Source of the DNA: Alphaproteobacteria bacterium
Lineage (GTDB): Bacteria > Pseudomonadota > Alphaproteobacteria > VGEJ01
Length of the DNA: 64,000 nucleotides
Reading direction: 5' to 3'
NCBI GenBank assembly: GCA_965248765.1
Contig: CBDFKF010000004.1
Span: 1,301,260 to 1,365,259 of the forward strand
Shown: piece after piece, positions 30,794 to 40,441 of the stretch
How positions within the stretch are numbered: position 1 is the stretch's first letter
Layout of the letters: each line of letters opens with the position of its first letter
The notes under the pieces: generated by a model
Told to the model about the DNA's origin: nothing
Databases searched by the model: none
What the model saw: the letters and a program-made list of their open reading frames with translations, nothing else
Program-made: the position numbers and the translations under genes

Positions 30794-33208
30794 CTAGTCC
30801 GCTGTACGCGCCACCGCCCTCAGGAGGCTCCACACCGTCCGGAACGGGACACCCCTTAGGTCGTCCCGCTCGCCGAGGTCCTTCAGCAGACCGACCGCAC
30901 GGATCATCGCCTCGTCCTCGCCGGCCGCCTCGGTCAGGGTCGCGACGGCCTGAGCGAGCGGCACTTCCTGCTCATCTCGACCGCCCATCAACTGGCTCAC
31001 CAGCACATCGAGCTGTTCATAGGCCTGCTGGACGGAGCCGCCATCGTGAGGTCGGCCGAAGATGCCGCGCACGCCATTTGCAGCGAACCGCCGGCGCAGG
31101 CCCTCGGGCATCGACTGCGCCACCCCCTCGAGGACCTCGCCGATGCCGAAGCCAGAGGTGAACATGCCGCGGACGGTATCCATGGTGCCATCGCCGCCAC
31201 CGTACATCCGGATCTGGGCGTTCTGCAGGGCATTGCCCATGGCTTTGGCCTGGTCGATGTGAATGTCCCGCTCAGCCTCGATGTAGAGCTTCGACAGCTC
31301 GAGAAACGTAGCCGCCTCGTTGTATTTCTTGAGCGCGGCTGCCTTGGCCTCCATACCCGTGGCCTCGGCCTCCAACTGGCGCTGGGAGTTTGCTACGCGA
31401 AGCGCTTCCACCTCCATGTCGGCCCGCCCCACGGCCCCCGCCTCGCGTTCGATGCCCTCAGCGCTGATTTTCTGCGCTTCGCTCGTCGCGGCGGCCCTCA
31501 CCCGTGTTGCTTCGGCCTCTAGCTCAGCCGCCTGGCGACGGGCCTCAGCCTGAGTCACCATGTGCATACGGTTGATCTCGGCCTTTCTCTCCTCCTCGAT
31601 ACGCTGCGTGTCCGCGAGCTTCTCAGCCTCGATGCGCTCGATCTCCTTGGCGCGCTCGGCATCGGCGACTGGGCGCACTGATTCCATCTCGTGCTCCGCA
31701 CGCTCCCTCTCGGCGGTGGTCTTGAGACGCTCGGCCTCCGTTTGCTCGAGTTCGCGGGCCTTCTCCACCAGTACTATCTCGCGATCACGCTCCTCAAGCT
31801 CACGGGCAAGAAAGCGCCGGATGTCGACCCTCTCGCGCTCCTGCTCCTTAGCGATAAGAGCGATCTCGCGTTCGCGCTCCTCGAGTTCGACCGCCAGCGT
31901 CCGGCGCACCTCGGCACGCCGTAGAGCCTCCTCCTTGGAGAGCTCCTCCTGTTGCACCTCCCAGCGGCGGTCCAGCACGTAGCGCTGCTTCTCCCCGAGA
32001 ATTCGTGCCTTCTCGTTGGCAACCTCTTGCTCTTGCTGGGCCTCGGCAACCGCCTCGTCCCGGTCCATGTCCAGCGTTGCGAGCGTCGTTTCCAGCTTAC
32101 GCTGCCGCATCGCCAGGGTGGACCCCTCGGTCGCTTCGTGACGAGCGTTGCGCGCCGTCTGTTCCTCGGCGGCAACAGCCGTCGCACGCTGGATCTCGAC
32201 CAGCTCGCGCTCCTTCTCCTTTTGGATGAGCTGGATTTCCTTTTCCTTCCTCTCTTGCTCCAGGGCAAGAGACTTCTGAATTTCGATGGCCTCGCGCTTC
32301 AGTGCTTCTTCCGTCAGCGCAACTTCGCGGCCGGTACGCTGGCGCTCCAGCGCCACGTCATTGCCGATCTCCTGTTCCTCGACCGCCATTCGCTGATTGA
32401 GGACAAAGACCTGCTTCTCGCGCACCTGTTGGGCCTGCTCATTCGATACAGCTTTGTCCTGATTGGCGCGAGCGAAGGCCTCCTGTCGTTCGATCTCAAG
32501 CAGCTCCAGCTGGGTATCCAAGTCCTTTTGGCGGATGGCGACGGCGGTCCGCTTCTCGGTATCGTGCACCACGCGGCGCGCGCTGGACGTGATGTCGGTG
32601 ATGATCTTCAAACCCTCGGCGTCGAACACGTTGTCGGCCTTGAAGTACTCCTTACCGGTTTGTTCCATCGTGACGATCGTCACCTCTTCGAGGATTAGGC
32701 CGTTGGTCTTGAAGCTCTCTAGCACGCCAGCCTTCATCGCCTGGGCAAAAGCATCCCGATTCTCATGGAGCTCGGACAGCGTTTTAGTGGCGGCATAGCT
32801 GCGCAGCGCACTCACCACCTTGGCTTCGAGTAAGTTTCGCACCTGCTCGGAATCGAACGTCTTGTCGCCCAGGGTTCGGCTTGCGGTTAGCAGGTTCTCA
32901 ACCGTGTGTCCGACGTGCGTATAGAGCTCGGCGGTGATATCGACACGGATCTTGTCCGACGTCAGGATCGCCTGATCGCGCGATCGGCTCACGATCAGCT
33001 TGATCGTCTCCAGCGACACCCACGTGATCTCGTGGAAGACCGGAAGAACGATAGCGCCCTGCCCGAGGCACACCTTGGTGCCCAGCGAGCCGGTGCGGAT
33101 GAACCCCATGTTCGATGGCGCCCGCTTGTAGACCCAGATCGAGAGGATGTAGATAATCGCGATAACGATGATCGCGATGACCAGCGCAATGATCACGTAT
33201 TCGAGCAT
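30794..33208 (-). CDS. flotillin-like SPFH/band-7 protein with very long E/A/R/K-rich coiled coil
   Basis: It has an N-terminal TM ('IIALVIAIIVIAIIYILSIWVY') and SPFH domain, then ~450 aa of repetitive coiled coil. The 804-aa length exceeds the typical ~500-560. Confidence 0.75.
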   Translation of the reverse strand: MLEYVIIALVIAIIVIAIIYILSIWVYKRAPSNMGFIRTGSLGTKVCLGQGAIVLPVFHEITWVSLETIKLIVSRSRDQAILTSDKIRVDITAELYTHVGHTVENLLTASRTLGDKTFDSEQVRNLLEAKVVSALRSYAATKTLSELHENRDAFAQAMKAGVLESFKTNGLILEEVTIVTMEQTGKEYFKADNVFDAEGLKIITDITSSARRVVHDTEKRTAVAIRQKDLDTQLELLEIERQEAFARANQDKAVSNEQAQQVREKQVFVLNQRMAVEEQEIGNDVALERQRTGREVALTEEALKREAIEIQKSLALEQERKEKEIQLIQKEKERELVEIQRATAVAAEEQTARNARHEATEGSTLAMRQRKLETTLATLDMDRDEAVAEAQQEQEVANEKARILGEKQRYVLDRRWEVQQEELSKEEALRRAEVRRTLAVELEEREREIALIAKEQERERVDIRRFLARELEERDREIVLVEKARELEQTEAERLKTTAERERAEHEMESVRPVADAERAKEIERIEAEKLADTQRIEEERKAEINRMHMVTQAEARRQAAELEAEATRVRAAATSEAQKISAEGIEREAGAVGRADMEVEALRVANSQRQLEAEATGMEAKAAALKKYNEAATFLELSKLYIEAERDIHIDQAKAMGNALQNAQIRMYGGGDGTMDTVRGMFTSGFGIGEVLEGVAQSMPEGLRRRFAANGVRGIFGRPHDGGSVQQAYEQLDVLVSQLMGGRDEQEVPLAQAVATLTEAAGEDEAMIRAVGLLKDLGERDDLRGVPFRTVWSLLRAVARTAD

Positions 33209-33290
33209 GCTCGCCGTCCCTGTTGGCTTTTTTGGTTAGAACCAGACGTTTCTCAAAGACAATCCAGCGCCCGGTTGCACTTGCGATGCG

Positions 33291-35603
33291 TTAGGCGATC
33301 GGCCACTCGCCGTTCCCAGATGGCCGCTCGCCAAAATCGAAGACCGGTAGGTCCTTGCGATTGCGCTGCATGGTCCTGCGTAGCTCTTGCGTTGCTCTTT
33401 GATCGATGTCAAAGCGGCGGCCAACAAGCACTACGCCATACTCGTTCCTTGCCGTTTCCGACGTCATCAGGTTGCGCGCAACGTCGTTGCGAACGAGCAC
33501 CGAGTCGCGCTCCAGCGCATCGCCCCAACCGCCACCGCCAGCAGTGCGGAAGACGATGCGATCGCCGCGCACCACCGTGACGTTGTCGACCTTGGAGGGC
33601 AGCGGCTCGCGGCTGCCGTCCTCGCGCACCAGCCATTTCTCTGAGCACTGGCCCGGCTTACCCCCGAGAATGCCCCAGGGTTGGGTGAGATGCCGGTCGT
33701 CGTGGATGGAGATCTCGCCCGCCTCGAGCAGCAAGTAGACCTTTTCGATGCCATTACCGCCCCGGTGTTTGCCGGCGCCGCCGGTGTCGGCGACGCTGCC
33801 ATAGCCCTCGATCACCATCGGGTAATAGCTCTCGAGGTACTCGGACGGGATGTTCTCGAACAGCGGCCACCAGGAGTGACCGTCCAGGCCATCGCCAACT
33901 GGGCGGCCGGGGATGCCACCATAGAGAATCTCCATCAGCTGGAAGCTCCGCCCGTCGCGATCGACCCCCGAGTACAGGAAGTGCGGGCTGGAGCCGTAGC
34001 CGGCCGCGGTGGCCATCTCCGGCGCGTGGCGGCTGAGGGCACCGCCCAGCACGTCGAACTGCCGCGAGAGCGCGTGGGTGCGCCCGCCTAGAGCTGCCGG
34101 GAACTTCGGCCGCACGAGCGATCCCTCAGGCATGGTGACGTGGATGAGGTCGTAGAAGCCGTCGTTGAAGAGGATCTGGGGGTCGAACACCATGATCATG
34201 TAGACCCCAATGAACATCTTAAACATGCCCTCGTGGAGGTAGAAGTTGATGGGCCCTGGCGACTGCGCTGCCGTACCGGTCCAGTCGAAATAGGCGTGCT
34301 CCCCCTCGCGCCAGACCGTGAGTTTCATCTTAAACGGCCCGTTGCCGCGGCCGTCGTCATCGACGTAGTCCTCGAACGATTGCGGCTCCTCCGGCAGGTT
34401 CTGGACGATCAGCTGGCGCATGGCGCGGTTGGTACGCTCGAGCAGGGCCTCGCAGGCCTGCATGTAGACCTCTTTGCCAAAGCGCTCGCAGATCTCGACC
34501 ACCCGCCGCTCGCCAGCGCGGCTTCCAGCGATGATCGCCATGAGGTCGCTATAGTTCATCTCCGGCGTGCGGGTGTTGTTCATGATCAAGTTGACCGCCG
34601 AACTGTTGAGCTCGCCCTTCTCGTAAATCTTAATCGGCGGGATCTTCAACCCCTCGCCGAAGATCGAGGTGGCGGCGGTCGGCATGCTGCCCGGCACCGG
34701 TCCACCGACGTCCATGACGTGGCCGAACATGGAGCTGAATCCGACGAGACCCCCTTCGTAGAAGATCGGTATCAACACCATCCAGTCATTGATGTGGCTG
34801 ACCGCCCCGCCGCATTTGTAGGGATCGCTCTGCAGGATCACGTCGCCCGGGTGGAGTTCGAATTGCTCGGCTGCCAGCATCTCCGAGACGTACGAGCCGA
34901 ACTGGCCAACGATCATGCGGCCCTTGGGATCGGTGATCATCGGGAACTCGTCATGCTGCTCGCGGATGACCGGCGACATCGCGGAGCGAAACAACACCGC
35001 GTCCATCTCGTGCCGGGCGTTCCGTAAAGCGTTCTCGACGAGGTCGAGCGTAATCGGGTCCAAACGCCCGCCCCTGCGCGGGCCGGGCTCGGCCGCGACC
35101 GGCGCGGCCTCAGGTCCACCGTTGGTGGGCAACGTCCGCGCTCCGGCCGGTGTGGGCGGCACATCGGTGGGCGCACGCAGCGTGGGAGGATCGCCGAACA
35201 GCTCCGCGCACTTCTTGAGCGCATCCTCAGTTGCGCGCTGCAACGCAGCGCCCTCGTCGCCGTGAATGCGCGCTGATCCGAACTGCGATTTCGTGACACC
35301 GTCGACCTCAAGCTTGCAGAGGACGGTGACCATGCGGCTGTCAGCGCGCCGGTTAACCACTTCGCACGACCAGCCACTGCCGAATTTGGCATTGAGCAGC
35401 GCGGCGACGCCGTTGCTTCCCTCGGTGTCCATTGCCTCGATGCTGGCTGAGGCCAGATCCTGCTCGGTCGGCGGGCGACGCGTGACGCCGAGCAAACCGA
35501 AGTCACGGTTCTGGGCATTGAGGATCTTGTCGAACTGCTGCTTGTTCGCCTTCAGCAGATCGTCGAGCGAGACGCTGCTGGTAGGGGGGGGCACATCCGA
35601 CAT
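33291..35603 (-). CDS. hyuB: hydantoinase B/oxoprolinase-family subunit (HyuB, copy 1) with ~175-aa N-terminal extra domain plus Pro-rich linker
   Basis: The HyuB core begins at 'LDPITLDLVENALRNARHEMDAVLFRSAMSPVIREQHDEFPMI', equal to the start of copy 2. Residues 1-~175 are additional: a globular ~125-aa part plus 'DPPTLRAPTDVPPTPAGARTLPTNGGPEAAPVAAEPGP'. The SD 'AAGAGGAG' precedes the ATG at 35603. Confidence 0.85.
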   Translation of the reverse strand: MSDVPPPTSSVSLDDLLKANKQQFDKILNAQNRDFGLLGVTRRPPTEQDLASASIEAMDTEGSNGVAALLNAKFGSGWSCEVVNRRADSRMVTVLCKLEVDGVTKSQFGSARIHGDEGAALQRATEDALKKCAELFGDPPTLRAPTDVPPTPAGARTLPTNGGPEAAPVAAEPGPRRGGRLDPITLDLVENALRNARHEMDAVLFRSAMSPVIREQHDEFPMITDPKGRMIVGQFGSYVSEMLAAEQFELHPGDVILQSDPYKCGGAVSHINDWMVLIPIFYEGGLVGFSSMFGHVMDVGGPVPGSMPTAATSIFGEGLKIPPIKIYEKGELNSSAVNLIMNNTRTPEMNYSDLMAIIAGSRAGERRVVEICERFGKEVYMQACEALLERTNRAMRQLIVQNLPEEPQSFEDYVDDDGRGNGPFKMKLTVWREGEHAYFDWTGTAAQSPGPINFYLHEGMFKMFIGVYMIMVFDPQILFNDGFYDLIHVTMPEGSLVRPKFPAALGGRTHALSRQFDVLGGALSRHAPEMATAAGYGSSPHFLYSGVDRDGRSFQLMEILYGGIPGRPVGDGLDGHSWWPLFENIPSEYLESYYPMVIEGYGSVADTGGAGKHRGGNGIEKVYLLLEAGEISIHDDRHLTQPWGILGGKPGQCSEKWLVREDGSREPLPSKVDNVTVVRGDRIVFRTAGGGGWGDALERDSVLVRNDVARNLMTSETARNEYGVVLVGRRFDIDQRATQELRRTMQRNRKDLPVFDFGERPSGNGEWPIA

Positions 35604-35615
35604 GGCTAACTCCTC

Positions 35616-37691
35616 TTACGTTCCCGAGGCGACCGAGCGCGGATCGTCCTGGGGGTAGATCAAAATGTTCAAGTACTCGTCGACGTCCCCCACGTGATCG
35701 GGATGGATAACCGTAGTCGTATCATCCTGCAAGATGACCGCCGGGCCCGCCACGCGATTGCCTGCGCCCAGCCGTTTGCGATCATAGATGTTGGCGGTGA
35801 GAAAGCTGCCGTCGAAGTAGACGCGATGCTGATCGACCACCGCCGCTGAGCCATCCTCGGCGTTCTTCTCAGAGCGCGGGATATTGACTTTCTCCACCTG
35901 TCCCGTCCCTACCGCCCGTAGATTGACGAGTTCGACCGGCGCATTTAGCCGGAAACCATAGAGCCGTTCATGCGCGGAGCCGAAGCGACTCTCGACATCA
36001 CCGAGGCCGCCGTTGGTGAGCGCATCCGGGTTGATGTCCAGCGAGAACTCATAACCCTGACGGAAGTACCGCACGTCGACCTGGTATTGCAATTCTTGAC
36101 GGGATTCGTCGACGCCTTCCTCGCGAAGCCACGCCTTCGCCTCGCTGCCGAGCTCCGTCAGCAGCTCGCTCACCTGGCCTGGATTGGTGTCGGCAATGTT
36201 CCGAATGAACGTGCGCGCGAACTCGTTTTTGACATCGGAGTAAAGAAACCCGAGTGCTGACAGGACCCCCGGGGTTGTCGGCACGATGACCGGGAAACAC
36301 CCCGCCAAGCGAGCAACGGCGTTACCGTGCATGGGTCCCGCCCCGCCAAAAGCCACCAAGGCAAAATCACGCGGGTCCAACCCTTTTTGCACGCTGACCA
36401 GGCGTAGCGCGCCCAACATATTCTCGTTGACGATATCGAGGATGCCTTGGGCGGCCTGATAGACGTCAAGGCCGAGCGCGTGTCCGATCTTTGCAACGGC
36501 GGTCTCCGCTGCGCCTGCGTCCAAGGCCATCTCGCCGCCCAGCAAGCTCGGCGGTAGGTGCCCGAGAACGACGTTGGCATCGGTCACCGTGGGCAGCTCG
36601 CCGCCGCGGCCATAGCACGCGGGCCCCGGCACCGCCCCCGCGCTCTCGGGCCCCACTCGTAGCGCACCGGTCATCGGCACATGCGCTATGGAGCCACCGC
36701 CGGCGCCCACGCTGTGCACCTCGACCGACGGGACCTTCACCGGATAGTAGCCGAGCGAGGTCTGACGGGAGATCGTGGGCTTGCCATCTTGTATTAGCGA
36801 GACATCGGTCGAGGTGCCGCCCATGTCAAAGCCGAGGGCGTTCGGCTGGCCCGCCAGCGAGGAGATGAAGGCCGCGCCGGATACCCCGCCCGCCGGACCC
36901 GAAAGCATCGTATGGACGGGAAATTCGCTCGCGCGCTGCACGCTCATCAGCCCGCCGTCGGAGCGTACGATGTTCACATGGGGCGAGAATTGGATCTCGT
37001 TCAGCCTTTGCTCGAACCCCTCCAGATACCGACGTACGCTGGGTCGTACGTAGGCGTTCATCACGGCGACCAACGTGCGTTCGTATTCCCGGAACTCCGG
37101 CAGGATCTCGGACGAAAGAGAGACCGGCAGCTCGGCATCCTGCTCGCGAATCAAGGCCTTCACGCGCTCCTCATGTTGGGAGTCGGCGTAGGAGTGGAGG
37201 AGTGAGACAGTAATCGACTCGACCCCCAATTCGAGCAGTTCGCGGATCGCCGAGCGTGCCTGTCCCTCGTCCAACGGTTTGATGACGTCGCCGCGCGCTG
37301 TTATTCGCTCGGAAACGCCGCGTGTGGCTTCGAGGTCTGCCATCGGCTCGGGCTTGATCATCGTGATCCAACCCGCCAGCGGACCCGGCGTTTGTGAGCG
37401 CGCCAGGTGCAGGACCTGCTCGAAGTTCTCCGTCACCAGCAAGCCGACCCTCGCACCTTTACCCTCGAGGACGATGTTGGTCGAGACCGTGGTTCCGTGT
37501 AGCAGCGTCCGAATATCCGGCGGCGCAACGCCCGATTCGGCGACGATCTTTTTGATGCCCGTGAGAATGCCCACAGACTGATCTTCCGGCGTAGACGGCG
37601 TTTTCAGCAGGTGAATGTCACCGGTGGCTTCGTTGAACAACAAGAGATCCGTGAAAGTGCCACCGACGTCGATGCCGAGGCGGCTGCTCAT
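35616..37691 (-). CDS. hyuA: hydantoinase A / N-methylhydantoinase A-family subunit (HyuA, copy 1)
   Basis: It starts 'MSSRLGIDVGGTFTDLLL' and is 691 aa, the typical HyuA architecture. Confidence 0.85.
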   Translation of the reverse strand: MSSRLGIDVGGTFTDLLLFNEATGDIHLLKTPSTPEDQSVGILTGIKKIVAESGVAPPDIRTLLHGTTVSTNIVLEGKGARVGLLVTENFEQVLHLARSQTPGPLAGWITMIKPEPMADLEATRGVSERITARGDVIKPLDEGQARSAIRELLELGVESITVSLLHSYADSQHEERVKALIREQDAELPVSLSSEILPEFREYERTLVAVMNAYVRPSVRRYLEGFEQRLNEIQFSPHVNIVRSDGGLMSVQRASEFPVHTMLSGPAGGVSGAAFISSLAGQPNALGFDMGGTSTDVSLIQDGKPTISRQTSLGYYPVKVPSVEVHSVGAGGGSIAHVPMTGALRVGPESAGAVPGPACYGRGGELPTVTDANVVLGHLPPSLLGGEMALDAGAAETAVAKIGHALGLDVYQAAQGILDIVNENMLGALRLVSVQKGLDPRDFALVAFGGAGPMHGNAVARLAGCFPVIVPTTPGVLSALGFLYSDVKNEFARTFIRNIADTNPGQVSELLTELGSEAKAWLREEGVDESRQELQYQVDVRYFRQGYEFSLDINPDALTNGGLGDVESRFGSAHERLYGFRLNAPVELVNLRAVGTGQVEKVNIPRSEKNAEDGSAAVVDQHRVYFDGSFLTANIYDRKRLGAGNRVAGPAVILQDDTTTVIHPDHVGDVDEYLNILIYPQDDPRSVASGT

Positions 37692-37820
37692 GACCCGGTT
37701 TGTGCCGCCAAGCACCGAATGCGCGGGGGAAAGCCGCCACGCCCAGCCAAAACGCTTGTCGCGCTCTCGGGCTTTGCTATATTGCCGTTCACCGCGTCGC
37801 CCAGTATAACTGCATCGGTC

Positions 37821-38348
37821 ATGGCACAAGAATCTGTAGGCCTGCGCCCACCAAGATTCCTGATAGTCGTTGTCGGGATCATTATACTATTGATCTTTCT
37901 TTACTTTTATCGTCCATTCGAAACTTATTTTACCGAAAGTATCCAGGACATTGACTCGTCCAACATTGTTTTTTGGTTTGCTTCGCTCATTGGAGTACTC
38001 GGCTATGTCGTCTCCCATTGGCGGTCTTTTCGTCACAACATTTTCCGCAGCGTCACAGACCTCGACATCGAAACTCTCGTCTTCGACACGCTGCAGATCG
38101 CCATTTTGATCGCGGTCATCTTTTGCGCAGGTGCGATCCTTCAAGAAATCGAGATGCTGGCTGAGCACCTCATCGAACGGGGTACCATCATCGGGCCATT
38201 TTTTGGCGGCAGATTGCTGTCAATCATACTGCTGTTCCTCCTAGCGGTCGCCTTCTACCTCCTACACCGCATGGTGCGCGCCTTCCGCATCGGGTGGCGT
38301 CCCGACAGGGTACCCCCGCGGGCTTCCTCCGCTAGCGGCCGCTCTTGA
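37821..38348 (+). CDS. small membrane protein P2 (paralog of 24262..24726)
   Basis: The 175-aa protein has 'LIFLYFYRPFETYF' and 'SNIVFWFASLIGVLGYVVSHWRSFR'. It is divergent from hyuA copy 1. Confidence 0.5.
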   Translation: MAQESVGLRPPRFLIVVVGIIILLIFLYFYRPFETYFTESIQDIDSSNIVFWFASLIGVLGYVVSHWRSFRHNIFRSVTDLDIETLVFDTLQIAILIAVIFCAGAILQEIEMLAEHLIERGTIIGPFFGGRLLSIILLFLLAVAFYLLHRMVRAFRIGWRPDRVPPRASSASGRS

Positions 38349-38397
38349 TCGCGGCCCGGCGACCTGTCGCCAGCGCAGTACGGCGCCGCCATGCCTC

Positions 38398-39501
38398 CTA
38401 GCTAGCCGCGGCGCCCGCCTCAGCCTCGAACGGATGGCGGGCGATGAAGTCGTCGGCGATCTCGTCGAACGTGCACCAGCGGGCCGCGGCGTGGCTCGAA
38501 ATGTACTCGATCATGCGCTCGATCACCGACAATACCTGCGGTCGGCCTGATATGTCGGGATGGATCGTCAGCGTGTACACCGCATAATCCATCTCGCGAT
38601 AGACCCAGTCGAACTGATCGCGCCACCACTCCTCGATGTCGCGCGGGTTCACCCAGCCGTGGCTGTTGGGTACGGTCTTCATGAACATCAGCGGCGGCAG
38701 GTCATCGAGGTACCAACTGGCCGGAATCTGAACCATGGGCACCGTGGTGCCGAGCTCCATCGGCTTCATCCAAGTATCAGCCGGTTTCCCGTAGTCGATG
38801 AGCGTCCACACCTCGTTGATTCGCGTCCAAAAAGGCGTGAAGTCGTTGTGCATCTGGCTGTGGTCGTACTTGATGCCACGATCCAAAAGGAGATGCGGTG
38901 TCGCTTGGCTCATTTCCCACCAGGGTGCGACATTGCCCGTCGGCCGGCGACCAGAGATGTCCGTGATCAGGCCGATGCACTTGTCGAGGATGTCCGCCTC
39001 CTGATCCGGGGTCATCTGCACGGGGTTCTCGTGGGTGTAGCCGTGCAGACCGATCTCGTGTCCTTCATTGGCCACCCGCCGCATCATGTCCGGCCAGGTC
39101 TCTATCGTGTGTCCGGGAATGAACCAACTCGTGCTCAGCTCGTAACGCTTGAACAATTCCAACATGCGCGGGGTACCGACCTCGGCGGAAAAGACGCCGC
39201 GGCCGATGTCACTTGGCGAGTTGCCGCCCCCATACGAGCCGATTTGCCCGGCAACGGCATCGACGTCGACGCCGATGCCGCAGAGAATTTCCTTGGTGCC
39301 GCCGCCGGCCGCAGGCCTCGCCGCTGGCCGCCCTTCCGGCCGGCTTGCACGCGGTCCCGCACCGGCACGCGTCGCCCCAGACGGTGGCGAAGCCGTTGGC
39401 CGCGGGCGGTATCGTTCACCGATGACATCGTCGGGGCTGGACGCCGCGGATGCGGATCGCCGTGGATGCCCACGGAACTCGGAGTCGGAACGATCGCTCA
39501 T
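38398..39501 (-). CDS. polysaccharide deacetylase (NodB-homology) family hydrolase
   Basis: 'WFIPGHTIETWPDMMRRVANEGHEIGLHGYTHE' gives the NodB motifs. The start is at 'MSDRSD', preceded by GGGAGGTGA, and the N-terminus has a low-complexity Ala/Pro/Arg stretch. Confidence 0.7.
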   Translation of the reverse strand: MSDRSDSEFRGHPRRSASAASSPDDVIGERYRPRPTASPPSGATRAGAGPRASRPEGRPAARPAAGGGTKEILCGIGVDVDAVAGQIGSYGGGNSPSDIGRGVFSAEVGTPRMLELFKRYELSTSWFIPGHTIETWPDMMRRVANEGHEIGLHGYTHENPVQMTPDQEADILDKCIGLITDISGRRPTGNVAPWWEMSQATPHLLLDRGIKYDHSQMHNDFTPFWTRINEVWTLIDYGKPADTWMKPMELGTTVPMVQIPASWYLDDLPPLMFMKTVPNSHGWVNPRDIEEWWRDQFDWVYREMDYAVYTLTIHPDISGRPQVLSVIERMIEYISSHAAARWCTFDEIADDFIARHPFEAEAGAAAS

Positions 39502-39712
39502 CGTCTCACCTCCCGTGCTGATCGTTGACTTCTTGGCGCGCCGATCTCGGCTCAGCCCGCCTCCGTTTGATACATCCCGCCCCGGCATCGATCAACCCGG
39601 ATGACGATCGGCTTCGAGGCGTGCCGACCCACGGTGGGCTTCGTTGATCGCCAGCTGACCACCGGCTATCGTCCCCGGGTGCTAGCCAGACAGCGCGCGC
39701 CGGGAGGACGAC

Positions 39713-40441
39713 ATGGACGATTGGCAATCACACACGCGCAGGGACTACGAGCGCAAGGGCTTCGCGGTCCACGCCGGCTACGGTGCCAAGCCGGTCCTAC
39801 TGCTCGTCGATTTCATTAACGGCTTTACCGATCCTGCGACACCGCTCGGCGGCGATCTCACAAGCCAGATCGCGGTAAGCAAAGAACTCATGGCCGCGTT
39901 CCGCGCCAATGGTTTGCCGGTGGTGTACACGACCATCGCTTACAAGCCGGATCTCAGCGACGCCGGCATGTGGATCAAGAAGATCCCGTCGCTGGAAATC
40001 CTGGCGAAGGGCTCGCCCATGGTCGAGATCGACGAGCGGCTCCGTCCCCTGCGCGGCGAGCGCGTGGTGGAGAAAAAGTTCGCGAGCGCCTTCTTCGGGA
40101 CCAATCTCGATGCGTATCTTCGCGGCCAGGGCATTGATACGATCATCATGACGGGGTGCACGACCAGCGGCTGCATTCGCGCCTCGGCCGTGGATTCAAT
40201 CCAGTACGGGTACTACACGATCGTCGTCGGGGACGCGGTCGGCGACCGCACCGAAGGCCCGCACGAAGCCAAACTATTCGATATCGACGCCAAGTATGGC
40301 GACGTTGTCGCCGGTATTGCAGTGTTCGATTACCTGCGGTCACTGATGCCCTCGGGAGCGTTTGCCGCAAGAGCCGACTACGATTTCCGCCGCTGGTGGA
40401 GCGACGATTCAAGCACGGCGGAGGACCGGCGCTATGGCTAA
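39713..40441 (+). CDS. isochorismatase-fold cysteine hydrolase (N-carbamoylsarcosine amidase-like), copy 2
   Basis: 'VLLLVDFINGF' and 'IIMTGCTTSGCIRASAVDS' are paralogous to 22276..22899. Confidence 0.75.
   Translation: MDDWQSHTRRDYERKGFAVHAGYGAKPVLLLVDFINGFTDPATPLGGDLTSQIAVSKELMAAFRANGLPVVYTTIAYKPDLSDAGMWIKKIPSLEILAKGSPMVEIDERLRPLRGERVVEKKFASAFFGTNLDAYLRGQGIDTIIMTGCTTSGCIRASAVDSIQYGYYTIVVGDAVGDRTEGPHEAKLFDIDAKYGDVVAGIAVFDYLRSLMPSGAFAARADYDFRRWWSDDSSTAEDRRYG

Noticed and set aside
31952-32698. 248-aa Leu-rich plus-strand ORF
   Set aside because: It is the antisense translation of the flotillin coiled coil. Glu/Ala/Arg codons read backwards give Leu/Ser/Ala-rich frames.
34140-35518. Plus-strand 295-aa and minus-strand 193-aa ORFs inside hyuB copy 1
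   Set aside because: They are alternative or antisense frames. The HyuB frame is supported end-to-end by paralogy with copy 2.
35078-35603. Calling the HyuB N-terminal extension and D2 outright 'Rad52/Sak recombinase' genes
   Set aside because: The resemblance is a motif-pattern match from memory (FGxGW...DG...G...ALxxAxxDALKxxAxxFG) without a profile search. The genomic context is metabolic, not phage or recombination. It is reported as a hypothesis only.
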